DNA of 64,000 bases from Bacteroidales bacterium (GCA_031551395.1 JAVBNR010000006.1:25554-89553), one strand, 5' to 3'. Shown: positions 17,583-28,130, counted from the stretch's first letter. Translations and numbers: made by a program. The notes: generated by a model from the sequence alone, not told the origin.

Positions 17583-19049
17583 TTAAACATCTTTTAACAT
17601 TGCGTCATCATCTGAAATCAGCAACAAAATGTCTTTCAGGTATAATTCGGTAGATCCTGTTGGAATAAGATATTGATTTTCTCTCTTAACCATAACAACC
17701 AATGTGTTGGCGGGAAGGGAAATGTTTTTGATCATGTTCCCGTTTACCAGTAGTGGAGCGTCTACAATGATTTCTTTCATAACAGAATTGATGTCATCCG
17801 AAAGTTCGATTTCAAATTCGGATAATTCCGGTTTCTCATCGGGCTTATCCGTTAAACCCAGGCATTTAGAAACAATAGGGATGCTTGTCCCTTGTAGCAG
17901 TAGCGATATCAAGGTCACAAAAAACACAATATTGAAAATCATGGAAGATTTTTCAATGTTGGCAGTCAGCACATAAGTGGCGAAAATAATAGGTACGGCG
18001 CCCCTCAGGCCTACCCAGGCAGTAAGTGTTTTCGCTTTCAATGACATTTTTTTGAAAGGGAGAAGGCACAGGTATACTGTTAACGGGCGTCCGATGAAAA
18101 TCAGGAAGAGGCTGATGGTTAATCCGACTCCGGCAACCGGAAGTAATTCATTGGGATTGACCAGTAGGCCCAGACAAAGGAACATAATGATCTGGAAAAG
18201 CCATGCCAACCCGTCGAAGAAACGTTTGGAAGAATATTTTTGGGAAAATTGAGCGTTTCCGATGACCAGGCCGGCAATATAAACGGCCAGGTATCCGTTC
18301 CCCTGCAAATCATTTGTCAGGGAAAAAACGAAAAAACAAATAGCGATCAATAATACGGGGTACAAGGAACGATTCTGAAGATTGATTTTGTTTAATATCC
18401 ATACGAAAAATTTACCTAAACCGAATCCGAATAAGGCTCCTAGAGCGAATTGAAATAAAAAAAGTCCTGCGATATACCAGAAATTATGAGATCCTGATTG
18501 GATGAGTTGAATGAAAATGATGGTCAAAAGATAAGCCATCGGGTCGTTACTCCCGCTTTCGTACTCTAATAATGGTTTTAGATTTTCTTTCAGAGAAACG
18601 CCTTTGGAGCGTAGAATTCCAAATACAGATGCCGAATCCGTAGACGACATGACGGAAGCCAGCAGCAATGCTTCAAGCAGAGTGAAAGTAACAGCATCAA
18701 AGAAATTATTTGTCAGCCAGTAGATAAAAAAGCCGGTAATAAAAGCCGTTAATAGTACCCCGACAGTTGATAAGATCGTCCCGGAAATGATGATCGGCCG
18801 TATATCCGAGTACCTGGTATCCATCCCGCCTGAAAAAAGAATGACATTCAAAGCCATCATCCCGACGAATTGGGCAATCTTTGAATCGTTGAATTGAATT
18901 CCCAATCCATCACTGCCAAATAACATCCCTATGAGAAGGAATAAAACTAAAATAGGCACGCCTATCCGAGATCCCGTTTTACTCGCCAAAATACTTATAA
19001 ATAAAAGAATGCTCCCGATAAGGACAATGTTGTCTGTAGATAGATCCAT
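17583..19049 (-). CDS. cvrA: Potassium/proton antiporter (CvrA/NhaP2-like, CPA1) with TrkA-C-type tail
   Basis: Multi-TM; SSTDSASVF, ESGSNDPMAY and GLRGAVPI motifs. Confidence 0.88.
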   Translation of the reverse strand: MDLSTDNIVLIGSILLFISILASKTGSRIGVPILVLFLLIGMLFGSDGLGIQFNDSKIAQFVGMMALNVILFSGGMDTRYSDIRPIIISGTILSTVGVLLTAFITGFFIYWLTNNFFDAVTFTLLEALLLASVMSSTDSASVFGILRSKGVSLKENLKPLLEYESGSNDPMAYLLTIIFIQLIQSGSHNFWYIAGLFLFQFALGALFGFGLGKFFVWILNKINLQNRSLYPVLLIAICFFVFSLTNDLQGNGYLAVYIAGLVIGNAQFSQKYSSKRFFDGLAWLFQIIMFLCLGLLVNPNELLPVAGVGLTISLFLIFIGRPLTVYLCLLPFKKMSLKAKTLTAWVGLRGAVPIIFATYVLTANIEKSSMIFNIVFFVTLISLLLQGTSIPIVSKCLGLTDKPDEKPELSEFEIELSDDINSVMKEIIVDAPLLVNGNMIKNISLPANTLVVMVKRENQYLIPTGSTELYLKDILLLISDDDAMLKDV

Positions 19050-19103
19050 AATGAGACCGTTTTTTACAAAAATAATATTTTTTTCTGATAATCAAAATAT
19101 TTA

Positions 19104-19111
19104 TACCTTTG
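19104..19111 (+). promoter_or_regulatory. -7 box for queD-queE-rnz
   Basis: TACCTTTG. Confidence 0.6.
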
Positions 19112-19215
19112 TATTCCAGTTAAACGTTGAAAGACATTAAAAGTTTAAAGTTGAATACGGATTGTTTTCAATGTGATTTCACTGTTCAACCTTAATTTTT
19201 AATTCAAAAGGTAAC

Positions 19216-19569
19216 ATGTATAAAATAAGTAAACAATTTTCTTTTTCGGCATCACACGTGTTGGATCGTTTAGGTGATGGGCATCCTTGCGCCCGGCTGC
19301 ACGGACATAATTATGTCGTTACGGTTCATCTTCGATGCCAGGAATTGGACGAATATGGCTTTGTCAAGGACTACAGAGCCTTGAAGCCAATCAAAGAATA
19401 CCTTGACCAGACATTGGATCATCGCCATTTGAACGATATTTTTCCCTTTCATCCTACTGCGGAAAATATAGCCCGTTTTTTATACGATAGATTTAAACCT
19501 GATTTCCCTGAGTTATATGCTGTGGAAATTAGTGAAACCCCCAAGACGAGTGCTATTTATGAAGCTTAG
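19216..19569 (+). CDS. queD: 6-carboxy-5,6,7,8-tetrahydropterin synthase
   Basis: FSASH, CARLHGHNY, LDHRHLN, PTAENIA and ETP motifs. Confidence 0.92.
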   Translation: MYKISKQFSFSASHVLDRLGDGHPCARLHGHNYVVTVHLRCQELDEYGFVKDYRALKPIKEYLDQTLDHRHLNDIFPFHPTAENIARFLYDRFKPDFPELYAVEISETPKTSAIYEA

Positions 19570-20143
19570 TGTCAACGAGTTGTTTTATTCTTTGCAAGGC
19601 GAAGGCGGTCGAATGGGAGAAGCTTCCATATTCATCCGGTTATCGGGGTGCAATTTGAATTGTCGTTTTTGCGATACGGATTTTGAATTTGGAGAAGCGT
19701 TGGAATTGGAAGAGATCTACCGTAGAATTTCCAATTATCCTTGTCGATGGATCATTTGGACAGGCGGAGAACCTACATTGCAATTGACGGATGAGGCTAT
19801 CCTCTTTTTCAAGGAAAGAGGATATAAGCAGGCGATTGAAAGCAATGGAACCCGTTTATTATCTCCGTTACTGGATTATACGGTATGCAGTCCCAAGGGA
19901 AATTACGGATATGCAAGAACTGAAAATCCGAGTGTTAATGAAGTCCGGATCCCAATTCAAAAAGGGGATACTGTTCCGGATATCAGGATTTTACCGGAAG
20001 CGGAATGTTATTTCTTGAGCCCGGTTTTTGATGCGGATAAGCAAATAACAGCAGAAAATATCGCTTTTTGTGTTGAAATCGTAAAAAATAATCCGGAATG
20101 GAGGCTTAGTTTACAAATGCATAAGCTGATTGGAATTGAATAA
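19559..20143 (+). CDS. queE: 7-carboxy-7-deazaguanine synthase (radical SAM)
   Basis: Start moved to ATG 19559 (overlaps the queD stop); ELFYSLQGEG, CNLNCRFCDT, TGGEP, SLQMHK. Confidence 0.92.
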   Translation: MKLSVNELFYSLQGEGGRMGEASIFIRLSGCNLNCRFCDTDFEFGEALELEEIYRRISNYPCRWIIWTGGEPTLQLTDEAILFFKERGYKQAIESNGTRLLSPLLDYTVCSPKGNYGYARTENPSVNEVRIPIQKGDTVPDIRILPEAECYFLSPVFDADKQITAENIAFCVEIVKNNPEWRLSLQMHKLIGIE

Positions 20144-20166
20144 TTGTGAATTGAAGAATAAATCAG

Positions 20167-21081
20167 GTGGAACGATTTGAATTAAACATATTGGGTTGCG
20201 GATCGGCTTTGCCGACGACAAGACATTTTCCCAGTTGTCAGGTACTTAATCTGCGTGATAAGTTGTACATGATCGATTGCGGGGAAGGCGCCCAGATGCA
20301 ATTACGTTCCATGCATTTGCGGTTTAACAGGCTGAATCATCTCTTTATCTCTCATTTACATGGCGATCATTGTTTTGGTTTACCCGGATTATTGTCCACA
20401 TTAGGATTGCTGGGACGCACCGGAGAGCTAGTCGTTCATGCTCACCCCGATGCGGAAAAAATTTTTCGTCCGGTATTGGATTATTTTTGCAGGGAATTGC
20501 CCTATTCCGTACGGTTTAATCCGGTTAATCCTCATCAATCGGAACTGATTCATGAAGATCGTACAGTGAAAGTCTATTCGATTCCTTTGCGACACCGGGT
20601 TCCTACTTGCGGTTTCCTGTTTCAGGAGTTGCCGAAGAGCGCTCATATCATTCGTGAAATGATTGATTTTTATCAGATTCCAGTGAGCAAGATTGCGTCT
20701 ATCAAAGCAGGAGCGGATTTTATTACTTCAGATGGAACGGTGGTTCCGAATCATCTGTTGACTCGTCCGGCAAATCCTCCCAAAAAGTATGCTTATTGTT
20801 CAGATACGGCTTATTCGGAAAAAATCATTCCTGTGATACAGGGAGTTGATTTACTTTTTCATGAAGCCACTTTTTGCGAATCCGATCTGAAGCGGGCCAA
20901 AGAAACATTCCATTCTTCGGCTCGTCAGGCTGCATTGATCGCTCAAAGTGCGCAAGTAGGACGTTTGATCTTGGGTCATTTTTCAGCTCGTTATCCGGAT
21001 GTCTCCATGCTATTAAAAGAAGCCCGGGCTGTTTTCCCCAATACGATTCTAGCTTCAGAAGGGCTGGTCGTTGAAATCTGA
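20167..21081 (+). CDS. rnz: Ribonuclease Z
   Basis: GTG start; GCGSALP, DCGEG, HLHGDH, SDT, HEAT and GHFS.RY metallo-beta-lactamase motifs. Confidence 0.95.
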   Translation: MERFELNILGCGSALPTTRHFPSCQVLNLRDKLYMIDCGEGAQMQLRSMHLRFNRLNHLFISHLHGDHCFGLPGLLSTLGLLGRTGELVVHAHPDAEKIFRPVLDYFCRELPYSVRFNPVNPHQSELIHEDRTVKVYSIPLRHRVPTCGFLFQELPKSAHIIREMIDFYQIPVSKIASIKAGADFITSDGTVVPNHLLTRPANPPKKYAYCSDTAYSEKIIPVIQGVDLLFHEATFCESDLKRAKETFHSSARQAALIAQSAQVGRLILGHFSARYPDVSMLLKEARAVFPNTILASEGLVVEI

Positions 21082-21123
21082 AAAACGGTTTAAAATCTTT
21101 TCTTGAAAAAATAGAAACAGTTT

Positions 21124-23478
21124 CTAGAACGAAAAACTTCCGGTAAACAATAAAGACCCTTTGAGGATTTTGTGTCCGTTACCTTCTTCATTGGAGCCGA
21201 GATAAGTCAATCTTCGGGCATATTCGATACGAAGTATTTTAAATATGTTGGCGAGTCCGACATTGACTTCGGCGTAAGGCGTATTTCCCAATGCGTTGAC
21301 TCCTTGATTGAATACAAACAATTCAGGATGTAGCGCCGGATTATTGTTGTCGGACAAAGGACCGTATATTGCTCGTGCTCCGATCGTTGTTTTAATTTTG
21401 TCCTTACTGTAAAATAATTTGAACGGAGACCAGTTAAACATGAAATTCAAATTTCCGGCCACATAATTATCGGTTGTAAATTCATAAAAATTCATACAAT
21501 TATATCCTTCCGGTTCAAATATATAGCTTTGATTTCCTTCGGGGATGAAGAGTAGAGGAAACGGTACCTGGTTCCATATTTTCCCGGCCGAAAGATGCAA
21601 ATTCAACGAGCCGCTTGTCCCTAACGTGAATTTTTTATAACCGGTGAATTCCGTAATCTGATAATTATAATCCGATCCGAAAATGCCTTTTATTCCAACT
21701 CTGTGATTAAGATTTAACTCCACATTTCCTCTTCGGATAAAAACACGTTTGTCCCTTGTCTGAATGAATTTTTCTCCCGGAGAAAAACGCAGGGAAAGTT
21801 GTATTTCAGAAGTAGAAATGTCTTGTATGATTGAAGTATCTCCGTTCTGAACCTGCATATATTGAACGACACCTTTGGGCTGATCGAATTTAAATTGTCC
21901 TCCGATTTTGAATGAGACATTATGTGAAAACTCATTTTCAAAAGTAAGCAATCCGATTTTCTGGAGCGACATGTTGTTGGTCGATGCATGGGAGAACGAA
22001 TAAATGAAATCATCCCGGTTGGTTGTCAGAAGGTTTTGTCCCGGAATATTCATGTCATTAACGTATGTGAATGAAAATAGTTTTTTCGGATATTCCCAGA
22101 TGTATTGATTCCGAGGAAGTAAAGAATAGATCAGGTCGCCTCTGTATTTCATCTGTTTGTCTTTGGTTCCGTAGGCTATGTATCCTCCGAATAACCAATG
22201 ATCCAGAAGCTTGACCGTACTGTTTCCGCCGAGTTTCAATCGAACGCCTTCCATACTGTTATAGCTGATTGTTTCGGTAATAGGACCCAGTTCAAAAGTC
22301 CCGTTGATCCCTTTGATGATTATATGATTATTTAACAGGATGAGGATGGCATTCTGAATGTTCCGGAAAGTATTGATTCCGGATGCTGTTTTGACTGTTT
22401 CCGTAATCTCTTTTTGTGCTGCAGTCAGCTGAAAAGGTCGGATGTTTTCCCAGTAAGTGCTGCTCCGGTTGTTGTAGTCTTTGTCATGAATATTATGCCA
22501 GACAATATTTTCCTGCTGTTTTGTGAAATTGAAACTATCATAAATAATAGTCCTGTCAACAACCAGGCTTCCCTTTACTTCATCTCCCAGTAAGAAAGAA
22601 TATTCTTTTTTTGAAGGGACCATCCAGTCTCCTTTGGAGGTATACGTATGTGTAATAAGGATGTTTTGAAGAAAATTCATATTGGTTGGATTATTCAGCG
22701 TAAAACGCGCCTGCATCAAGGAATACGAGCCGTCTGCCGTAATGTAGAAATAGCCGGCAAAAGCATTTTCTTTCATGTTTTCACAAAAGAAAGCGATTTC
22801 ATAGCAAGAAACGTCGTTGACTTGTTTCATTCCCAGCAGTCGGTAAGTATATATTTTCAATGCATTATCTCCAAACGGACTTTTGAATTGAAGCAGCATG
22901 ATTTCATTGATGTTTTGGTACAGATCGATATCTCCGAATATTTCATCAAGCAGATAAGACACGTTTTGTTGTCCGATCGTTTCAAAGAATCCTTCCTGAC
23001 GGGAGGCTTGCAATATACTCCCTGTGCGCTTTTTTTTATTATCTTCAAAAACAGTTTTATAATCTTCGAATATCAACGTATTTAAAGCCACATAGTTGGG
23101 ATGATTCTCGATCGGCCGGGCATGATTGAGCCATGGTTCAAACGGACGAACAAAATATTTGTAATTGAAATCGTTTTTTAACTGGGATGTTATGAGCTGT
23201 TCATCTACGGATTGCTTATCCGCTACTACGTCGACAGAAGTCTTTTCATAGAAATTATATTGGGCAAACGGTTCTTTGGTATAATTATTGAGCGGTTTAT
23301 TCCGGATGGCTTTTTCCATAATATCAGTGGCGTCGACAACATCGGGATAATAACGCAAGGCTCTCATGTTTATTACACCGTATTTGATTTCTACAGGTTG
23401 AGTCTGCGCTTGTCCCGTTATGACGCCAAAGAAAAAAATAAAAGGGAAAAATAAAAATTTATTGATTCTTTCAATCAT
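21124..23478 (-). CDS. DUF5686-family putative outer-membrane protein
   Basis: Signal peptide, SPFGDNALKIYTY, YNSMEGVRL, PFPLL, beta-strand-rich C-terminus ending in Phe. Confidence 0.7.
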   Translation of the reverse strand: MIERINKFLFFPFIFFFGVITGQAQTQPVEIKYGVINMRALRYYPDVVDATDIMEKAIRNKPLNNYTKEPFAQYNFYEKTSVDVVADKQSVDEQLITSQLKNDFNYKYFVRPFEPWLNHARPIENHPNYVALNTLIFEDYKTVFEDNKKKRTGSILQASRQEGFFETIGQQNVSYLLDEIFGDIDLYQNINEIMLLQFKSPFGDNALKIYTYRLLGMKQVNDVSCYEIAFFCENMKENAFAGYFYITADGSYSLMQARFTLNNPTNMNFLQNILITHTYTSKGDWMVPSKKEYSFLLGDEVKGSLVVDRTIIYDSFNFTKQQENIVWHNIHDKDYNNRSSTYWENIRPFQLTAAQKEITETVKTASGINTFRNIQNAILILLNNHIIIKGINGTFELGPITETISYNSMEGVRLKLGGNSTVKLLDHWLFGGYIAYGTKDKQMKYRGDLIYSLLPRNQYIWEYPKKLFSFTYVNDMNIPGQNLLTTNRDDFIYSFSHASTNNMSLQKIGLLTFENEFSHNVSFKIGGQFKFDQPKGVVQYMQVQNGDTSIIQDISTSEIQLSLRFSPGEKFIQTRDKRVFIRRGNVELNLNHRVGIKGIFGSDYNYQITEFTGYKKFTLGTSGSLNLHLSAGKIWNQVPFPLLFIPEGNQSYIFEPEGYNCMNFYEFTTDNYVAGNLNFMFNWSPFKLFYSKDKIKTTIGARAIYGPLSDNNNPALHPELFVFNQGVNALGNTPYAEVNVGLANIFKILRIEYARRLTYLGSNEEGNGHKILKGSLLFTGSFSF

Positions 23479-23500
23479 TTGTTTAAAATGTTTATTTTCG

Positions 23501-23508
23501 CAAAAGTA
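23501..23508 (-). promoter_or_regulatory. -7 box for the DUF5686 gene
   Basis: TACTTTTG on the minus strand, 23 bp before the ATG. Confidence 0.6.
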
Positions 23509-23540
23509 GTTATATTTTACAATTTAATTGACTATTGTAT

Positions 23541-24776
23541 ATGAAAACAAAAATTCTCATCGTATTGTTGCCTCTCCTGAGTTCGTTTTTATATGCGCAA
23601 GAGACATTGCACATGCAGGTTAAATCAGGAAACTATAATCGTGAATATTTATTGTATATTCCCCAGTCAGTTCAGTCGGAAAAACCGGTAGGATTGGTTG
23701 TTTGTTTGCATGGTTTTAATCGGACGATGGAAGATTTTTTTAATAAATATCCCATTGCTCCGGTTGCAGATTCGCTTCATTTAATTGTCTTGGCGCCACA
23801 AGCATTACCGGAACAAGATCCGGAAGTGATAGCTACCTCTAAAGTGTTGTCTGCTATGGGAATCGACATCCCTTTAGATGCCGCCTGGGGATGCGGTTTG
23901 CGGGTTAAAGCCGCACTTTTGGGAGTTCAATTGCTTAATGCAGAATTAAATAAGTCTGTAGATGATGTGACTTTTATCAATCAGATCATTCATTCAACGA
24001 TGGATGAATACGCGATCGAACCGAATAACCTGTTTATTTTCGGAACGTCGATGGGAGGTTTTATGTCCTATCAATATGCCATGTATCATGGAGATAAGTT
24101 GTCCGGATTGGTTTCTGTTTGCGGTTCGATGGGGACTTCCATCCGCAACCAGAATGGGGCAAAAAGTCTTCCTGTCTGTGATTTTCATAGTCAGGACGAT
24201 GAAGTTGTTCCTTATTCCGGAACGTACGTCGATCGGGGAGTGACTATTTCTCTTTGTCAACCGAAATCAGATGTCATTGGCTTCTGGACAGGTAAAAATC
24301 AGGCAAACCCTGTTCCTGTCTCGGAAATGGTTCATTACTATCCTTCGTCGAACGGAAAAACGGCAACGAAATATACCTATTCCCACAACGAAAACGAAGT
24401 GATTCATTATCAGATCAAAGGAGCTTCGCATAGCTACTATTTCAGTAAGGATAATGGCGACTGCATGGATTATAATGAAGAAATATATAAGTTTTTCAAA
24501 TCTCATATAACAAAACCGAATACAGGAGTTCATCCGGTCTATGCTGATAAACTGGTTGTTTATCCGAATCCGGTAAAAGATTGGTGTGTGTTGGATGGAA
24601 CGGAGCGCCCGGCATCCGGAATGCAGGGTATGATTGAATTATATAGTGTTGCCGGAAGTATAGTGAGAACGTATAAGATAGAAGAAAAACAAACCCCGAT
24701 CAATCTGTCGGGGCTTGCTAAAGGGATGTATATATTAAAATACAACAATCGAACAGTCAAAGTTCTCAAGAACTGA
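23541..24776 (+). CDS. PHB-depolymerase/LpqC-like alpha/beta esterase with T9SS type A sorting domain
   Basis: Signal peptide; LHG oxyanion region, GTSMGG nucleophile, FHSQDD, GASH; C-terminal VYPNPV...LSGLAKGMYIL..KVLKN. Confidence 0.8.
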   Translation: MKTKILIVLLPLLSSFLYAQETLHMQVKSGNYNREYLLYIPQSVQSEKPVGLVVCLHGFNRTMEDFFNKYPIAPVADSLHLIVLAPQALPEQDPEVIATSKVLSAMGIDIPLDAAWGCGLRVKAALLGVQLLNAELNKSVDDVTFINQIIHSTMDEYAIEPNNLFIFGTSMGGFMSYQYAMYHGDKLSGLVSVCGSMGTSIRNQNGAKSLPVCDFHSQDDEVVPYSGTYVDRGVTISLCQPKSDVIGFWTGKNQANPVPVSEMVHYYPSSNGKTATKYTYSHNENEVIHYQIKGASHSYYFSKDNGDCMDYNEEIYKFFKSHITKPNTGVHPVYADKLVVYPNPVKDWCVLDGTERPASGMQGMIELYSVAGSIVRTYKIEEKQTPINLSGLAKGMYILKYNNRTVKVLKN

Positions 24777-24781
24777 TCGGC

Positions 24782-26881
24782 TTATTTCAACCATTCGTCG
24801 AACCAGCGGAAGAACTCCCGATAGAATAGTACGCCGTTTTGAGGCTTCATAACCCAGTGGTTTTCATCAGGAAAGATCAACATCCGTGATGGGATTCCGC
24901 GCAATTGAGCTGCGTTGAACGCCATCATTCCCTGAGAAGCGAGGATGCGATAGTCCAGTTCTCCACATGTTACCATGATGGGAGTATCCCAGTTTTGGAT
25001 GAATTTATGCGGAGAGTTGGAATAGGTCTTTTGTGCGATTGCATTGGATTTATCCCAGAACGGTCCTCCTAAATCCCAGTTGGCAAACCACATTTCCTCT
25101 GTTTCGAGGTATTGTGCTTCTTCGTTCAGGATTCCGGCGTGAGAGAGGAATGCTTTGAAGCGTTTGTTGTGGTTTCCGGCAAGCCAATAGACGGAAAAAC
25201 CTCCATAACTGGCTCCTGTACATCCTAATTTGGTCTCATCCACAAAAGGTTCTTTGGCGACAGCATCGATTGCCGACAGATAATCCTTCATGTTTTGTCC
25301 GCCGTAATCGCCGCTGATCTGTTCGAGCCATTCTTGTCCGAATCCAGGCAGACCGCGTCGGTTCGGAGCGACAATGATATAGTCGTGTGCAGCCATCAAT
25401 TGCAGGTTCCAACGGATAGACCAGAATTGGCTGACTGTGTTTTGCGGACCTCCCTGGCAATAAAGTATTGCCGGATATTTCTTGTTCGGATCGAAATTTG
25501 GAGGATAAACGACCCAGGTCAACATTTCTTTGTTATCTGTTGTTTTGATCCAGCGAGGCTCTACTTTCCCCATGGTAATCTGGTCCAGGATATCCTTGTT
25601 TTCCAATGAAAGATTATTTTCTTTTTTGTCGGCCAAAGAAACGGTAAAGACTTCATTCGGTGCCGACATCGAGTGACGAAGGGCAACCAATCTGTCTCCG
25701 GCAAAAGCAACAGAAGCATAATCGTGCTGTCCTTCAGTCAATGGGCTGATATAATCTTCGGAACCGGATACCGGTTCGTTCGCTTTCACTTTGAATAATT
25801 GAGTAGTCCCCTTTACACAGGATACGATATAAATGTTGGCCGACGCATCATCCCAACAGAAATCGTCTGTGTTGTAGTCGAAATGTTGTGTCAGGTATGT
25901 CTTTTCTCCGGATTGAAGATTTAGGATGAATAAGCGGTCTTTATCCGACTCATATCCGTCGCGTTCCATGCTTTGCCAGGCAATGAACTGTCCATTGGGG
26001 GAGAACTGTGGGTTTTTGTCATAGCCCATCATCCCTTCCGTCAGGTTTTTTGTTTCTTTTGTTTCCAGGTTGTACAAATAAATATCAGAATTAGTCGACA
26101 AGGCATAGTCTTTTCCTGTTTTCTTCCGGCAGGTATAAGCGATCGATTGACCGTCGGGAGCCCAATCCAGTTGTTCGATGCCACCCATCGGTTTCATCGG
26201 GCATTCGAAAGGTTCTCCTTCCAATAGGTCGATCATGTTGGATAATGATTTTCCATCAAAATCGGCAATAAATGGATGAGGAATGGCTTCTACCCATTCG
26301 TCCCAGTGTTTATACATGAGGTTGTCGACAATCCGTCCGCTGGCTTTATCCAGATCCGGATATTTGTCGGCCGTTCTTTCTCCGTATTTTACCTCGCTGA
26401 TCAATAATATTTTTTTACCGTCGGGAGAATATTTGAATCCTTGAACCCCTTTTTCAACCTGGCTGATTTGTACACGACCGGTTCCGTCTGGATTCATTTC
26501 CCAAATTTGAGAATCATAAAGGAATGCAATTTTAGTTCCATTGTTTACCCAGTGAGCTTCCGGCTCGCTTTTAGGAGACGATGTAATCTGTTTCTTATCG
26601 CTGCCATCGATATTGACGACAAACAATTCTCTATTTCTCTTATTTTGAGAAATATCGGTATACGTAACGCCATACAACACCTTTTTTCCATCAGGAGAGA
26701 CTTCGGCTCCGGAAACTTGTCCCAGTGTCTGAAGTATTTCCACATTCAGTTTTCCGTTTTCAACTTGTACCGGCTTTTTGCCAATAACGACTTCGTCTGA
26801 TTTAGTTTCTTCTTTTTTTGCATCACATGCAGTCAATAGGGTAGCGGCTGCCATCATTGAAATGAATAAATTCTTCTTCAT
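24782..26881 (-). CDS. S9 family prolyl oligopeptidase/dipeptidyl peptidase, lipoprotein
   Basis: Lipobox LTAC-D; PD40-type repeats; GGPQ, GASYGG, ELDYR and PDENH catalytic motifs. Confidence 0.92.
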   Translation of the reverse strand: MKKNLFISMMAAATLLTACDAKKEETKSDEVVIGKKPVQVENGKLNVEILQTLGQVSGAEVSPDGKKVLYGVTYTDISQNKRNRELFVVNIDGSDKKQITSSPKSEPEAHWVNNGTKIAFLYDSQIWEMNPDGTGRVQISQVEKGVQGFKYSPDGKKILLISEVKYGERTADKYPDLDKASGRIVDNLMYKHWDEWVEAIPHPFIADFDGKSLSNMIDLLEGEPFECPMKPMGGIEQLDWAPDGQSIAYTCRKKTGKDYALSTNSDIYLYNLETKETKNLTEGMMGYDKNPQFSPNGQFIAWQSMERDGYESDKDRLFILNLQSGEKTYLTQHFDYNTDDFCWDDASANIYIVSCVKGTTQLFKVKANEPVSGSEDYISPLTEGQHDYASVAFAGDRLVALRHSMSAPNEVFTVSLADKKENNLSLENKDILDQITMGKVEPRWIKTTDNKEMLTWVVYPPNFDPNKKYPAILYCQGGPQNTVSQFWSIRWNLQLMAAHDYIIVAPNRRGLPGFGQEWLEQISGDYGGQNMKDYLSAIDAVAKEPFVDETKLGCTGASYGGFSVYWLAGNHNKRFKAFLSHAGILNEEAQYLETEEMWFANWDLGGPFWDKSNAIAQKTYSNSPHKFIQNWDTPIMVTCGELDYRILASQGMMAFNAAQLRGIPSRMLIFPDENHWVMKPQNGVLFYREFFRWFDEWLK

Positions 26882-26981
26882 ACATATATTATTTTACTCT
26901 TTAACATCCTAACGAATGGTTGCGAAAGTTGATTGATCGTCGTTGCAGGAGGATTCAAATTCATACGATCAATCTTTTGAT

Positions 26982-27572
26982 TTAACGATTCCAGTTTTTC
27001 AGATACATGTACAACATCCTGACAGGCAGTCCCATGACATTGTAAAATGAACCTTCCAACTGTTCGACACCGATATAACCGATCCATTCCTGAACACCGT
27101 ATGAACCGGCTTTATCGTAGGGTTTGTATTTTTCGATATAATATTGGATCTCCTCTTCGTCCAAAGTAGCAAATTTCACTTTAGACACCGCATAAAAAGC
27201 TTTTTGTTTTTCTTTAGTAGTCATACACACCCCGGTAATCACTTCATGTGTTTTTCCGGATAAAGCCCGAAGCATTTTTGTCGCATCTTCCTTTGTATCC
27301 GGTTTCCCATAGACTTTACCGTCCAGCCAGACAATCGTGTCTGCAGTAATCAGCATGGCCTCATCATCCAATGAAGATTTGTAAGCATTGGCCTTTAGTT
27401 TAGCCAGGTATACGGGAATTTCTTCTTTCCATAAAGTCGACGGATAGGTCTCTTCGACTTCCGGTATTATTTTGACTTCAAATGGGATATCCAATCCGGA
27501 CAATAATTCTTTTCGCCGTGGAGAGTTCGATCCCAATATGATTTTATATGTCGATATATTTGCAATATTCAT
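26982..27572 (-). CDS. maf: Maf-like nucleoside triphosphate pyrophosphatase
   Basis: LGSNSPRR, ADTIV, GKP, DKAGSYG, NVMGLP. Confidence 0.93.
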   Translation of the reverse strand: MNIANISTYKIILGSNSPRRKELLSGLDIPFEVKIIPEVEETYPSTLWKEEIPVYLAKLKANAYKSSLDDEAMLITADTIVWLDGKVYGKPDTKEDATKMLRALSGKTHEVITGVCMTTKEKQKAFYAVSKVKFATLDEEEIQYYIEKYKPYDKAGSYGVQEWIGYIGVEQLEGSFYNVMGLPVRMLYMYLKNWNR

Positions 27573-27597
27573 TCGTTCAATTAGTTATGTTGTTGCT

Positions 27598-28119
27598 TTA
27601 CCATCCGAAAGCATCGTCTTGCATCCATTTTTTTTGAATTTTGAGGACTTGTTCGATGATATCCCGTCCGACGCCTTTTCCCCCTTTTTTGGGAGATATG
27701 TATTGTGAAATCGCTTTAATTTCCGGCACAGCATCTGCCGGACAGACAGCTAATCCGGCCATTTCCATGACTTCGTAGTCGGGAATATCATCTCCGACAT
27801 AAATGACTTCTTCCGGTTTTAATCCTGTTTGAGTAAGGAATTTTTTGAAATCAATCATTTTGACTTTAGAGCTCATGTAAATATTCTGAAAACCCAAGCT
27901 TTCGAAACGGATCCGGATCGCTTCAGTATAACCTCCTGTGATAATTCCCAATTGCAACCCTTTTTTTACCGCCAATTGCATAGCGTAGCCGTCTTTCGTA
28001 TTGATTATACGCATAGGCTCTCCGGAAGGATGCAGGGGGATGGAATCCGGCGAAAGTACGCCATCGACGTCAAAAACAATTCCTTTTATTTTGTTTAAAT
28101 CGTAATTGATAGCACTCAT
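27598..28119 (-). CDS. kdsC: KDO 8-phosphate phosphatase (HAD family)
   Basis: FDVDGVL, KDG, GDDIPD, GG.G..R. Confidence 0.88.
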   Translation of the reverse strand: MSAINYDLNKIKGIVFDVDGVLSPDSIPLHPSGEPMRIINTKDGYAMQLAVKKGLQLGIITGGYTEAIRIRFESLGFQNIYMSSKVKMIDFKKFLTQTGLKPEEVIYVGDDIPDYEVMEMAGLAVCPADAVPEIKAISQYISPKKGGKGVGRDIIEQVLKIQKKWMQDDAFGW

Positions 28120-28130
28120 GATTCGTTGTT

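Noticed and set aside
19050-19215. Possible preQ1 riboswitch ahead of queD
   Set aside because: No class I pattern (short GGTTC-containing hairpin plus A-rich tail); only a weak GTTGAA/TTCAAC pairing
19216-20143. queD/queE as part of a Dpd DNA-modification defence island
   Set aside because: No dpdA/tgt-like, helicase or other defence genes nearby; the context is housekeeping
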